Both the position numbers and the translations under genes were made by a program. A DNA stretch of 64,000 nucleotides, taken from the NCBI GenBank assembly GCA_038496445.1, contig JALMLS010000322.1, positions 434,001 through 498,000 on the forward strand, in the 5' to 3' direction. The notes beneath the pieces are model-generated. The model was not told the origin of the DNA and ran no database searches. It saw nothing but the letters and a program-made list of their open reading frames with translations. The stretch's first letter is position 1. Each line of letters begins with the position of its first letter. This DNA is from Trichosphaerium sp. ATCC 40318 (Eukaryota; Protista; Tubulinea). Below, one piece after another: positions 63,796 through 64,000 of the stretch.

Positions 63796-64000
63796 TGTTG
63801 AATAAAAAAATATGTGACACGTTAGCGCTTAGGTAGGCAATTAAGCAATTGTCATTGTAAAGCCAACTGTAAACGTAATAAGAGGGATAGATCGCATTAA
63901 TGCGGGCTTATGGCGTTTCGTCGCGTAAAACAGCAATTGCGCGTAGTAAGAGGTATCTTTTCATAAAAATGGCTCTGATGGCTTATTTGTGCGTAGAATA

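Overview
Eukaryotic, AT-rich, gene-dense nuclear DNA with many short (mostly ~35-60 nt) spliceosomal introns, favoured donor GTACGT/GTAAGT, and standard stop usage (TAA/TAG/TGA all end genes). The gene content looks protist-like, plausibly amoebozoan (inference only). The ORF track is fragmented by introns, so gene models were rebuilt by eye. Housekeeping genes: amino-acid permease, PIG3-type quinone oxidoreductase, nitroreductase, a ~10 kb SWR1/p400/PIE1-type remodeller, F-box and BTB proteins, a GNAT, a Dabb protein, tRNA-Arg(UCU) and tRNA-Cys(GCA). Accessory content is the interesting part. (1) Five full-length copies plus one relic of a small secreted protein have near-identical frameworks but loops replaced block-wise at the same positions in each copy, like CDRs. 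(2) Three proteins are built from ~70-aa W-rich repeats; one carries a C-terminal PD-(D/E)xK/RAP-like nuclease domain and two stop at the same point just before it. (3) Two distant homologous 8-Cys secreted peptides. (4) A young 998-bp element with perfect 91-bp TIRs and a 3-bp TSD. (5) A ~190-bp tandem array and a separate direct repeat share a covarying AACCTTG-N9-CAAGGTT hairpin, usually followed by CTAG/CTAA (Helitron-end-like). (6) Several GC-AG introns and a tRNA-Cys with a G31:G39 mismatch. All coordinates and splice models are manual and need RNA-seq confirmation.
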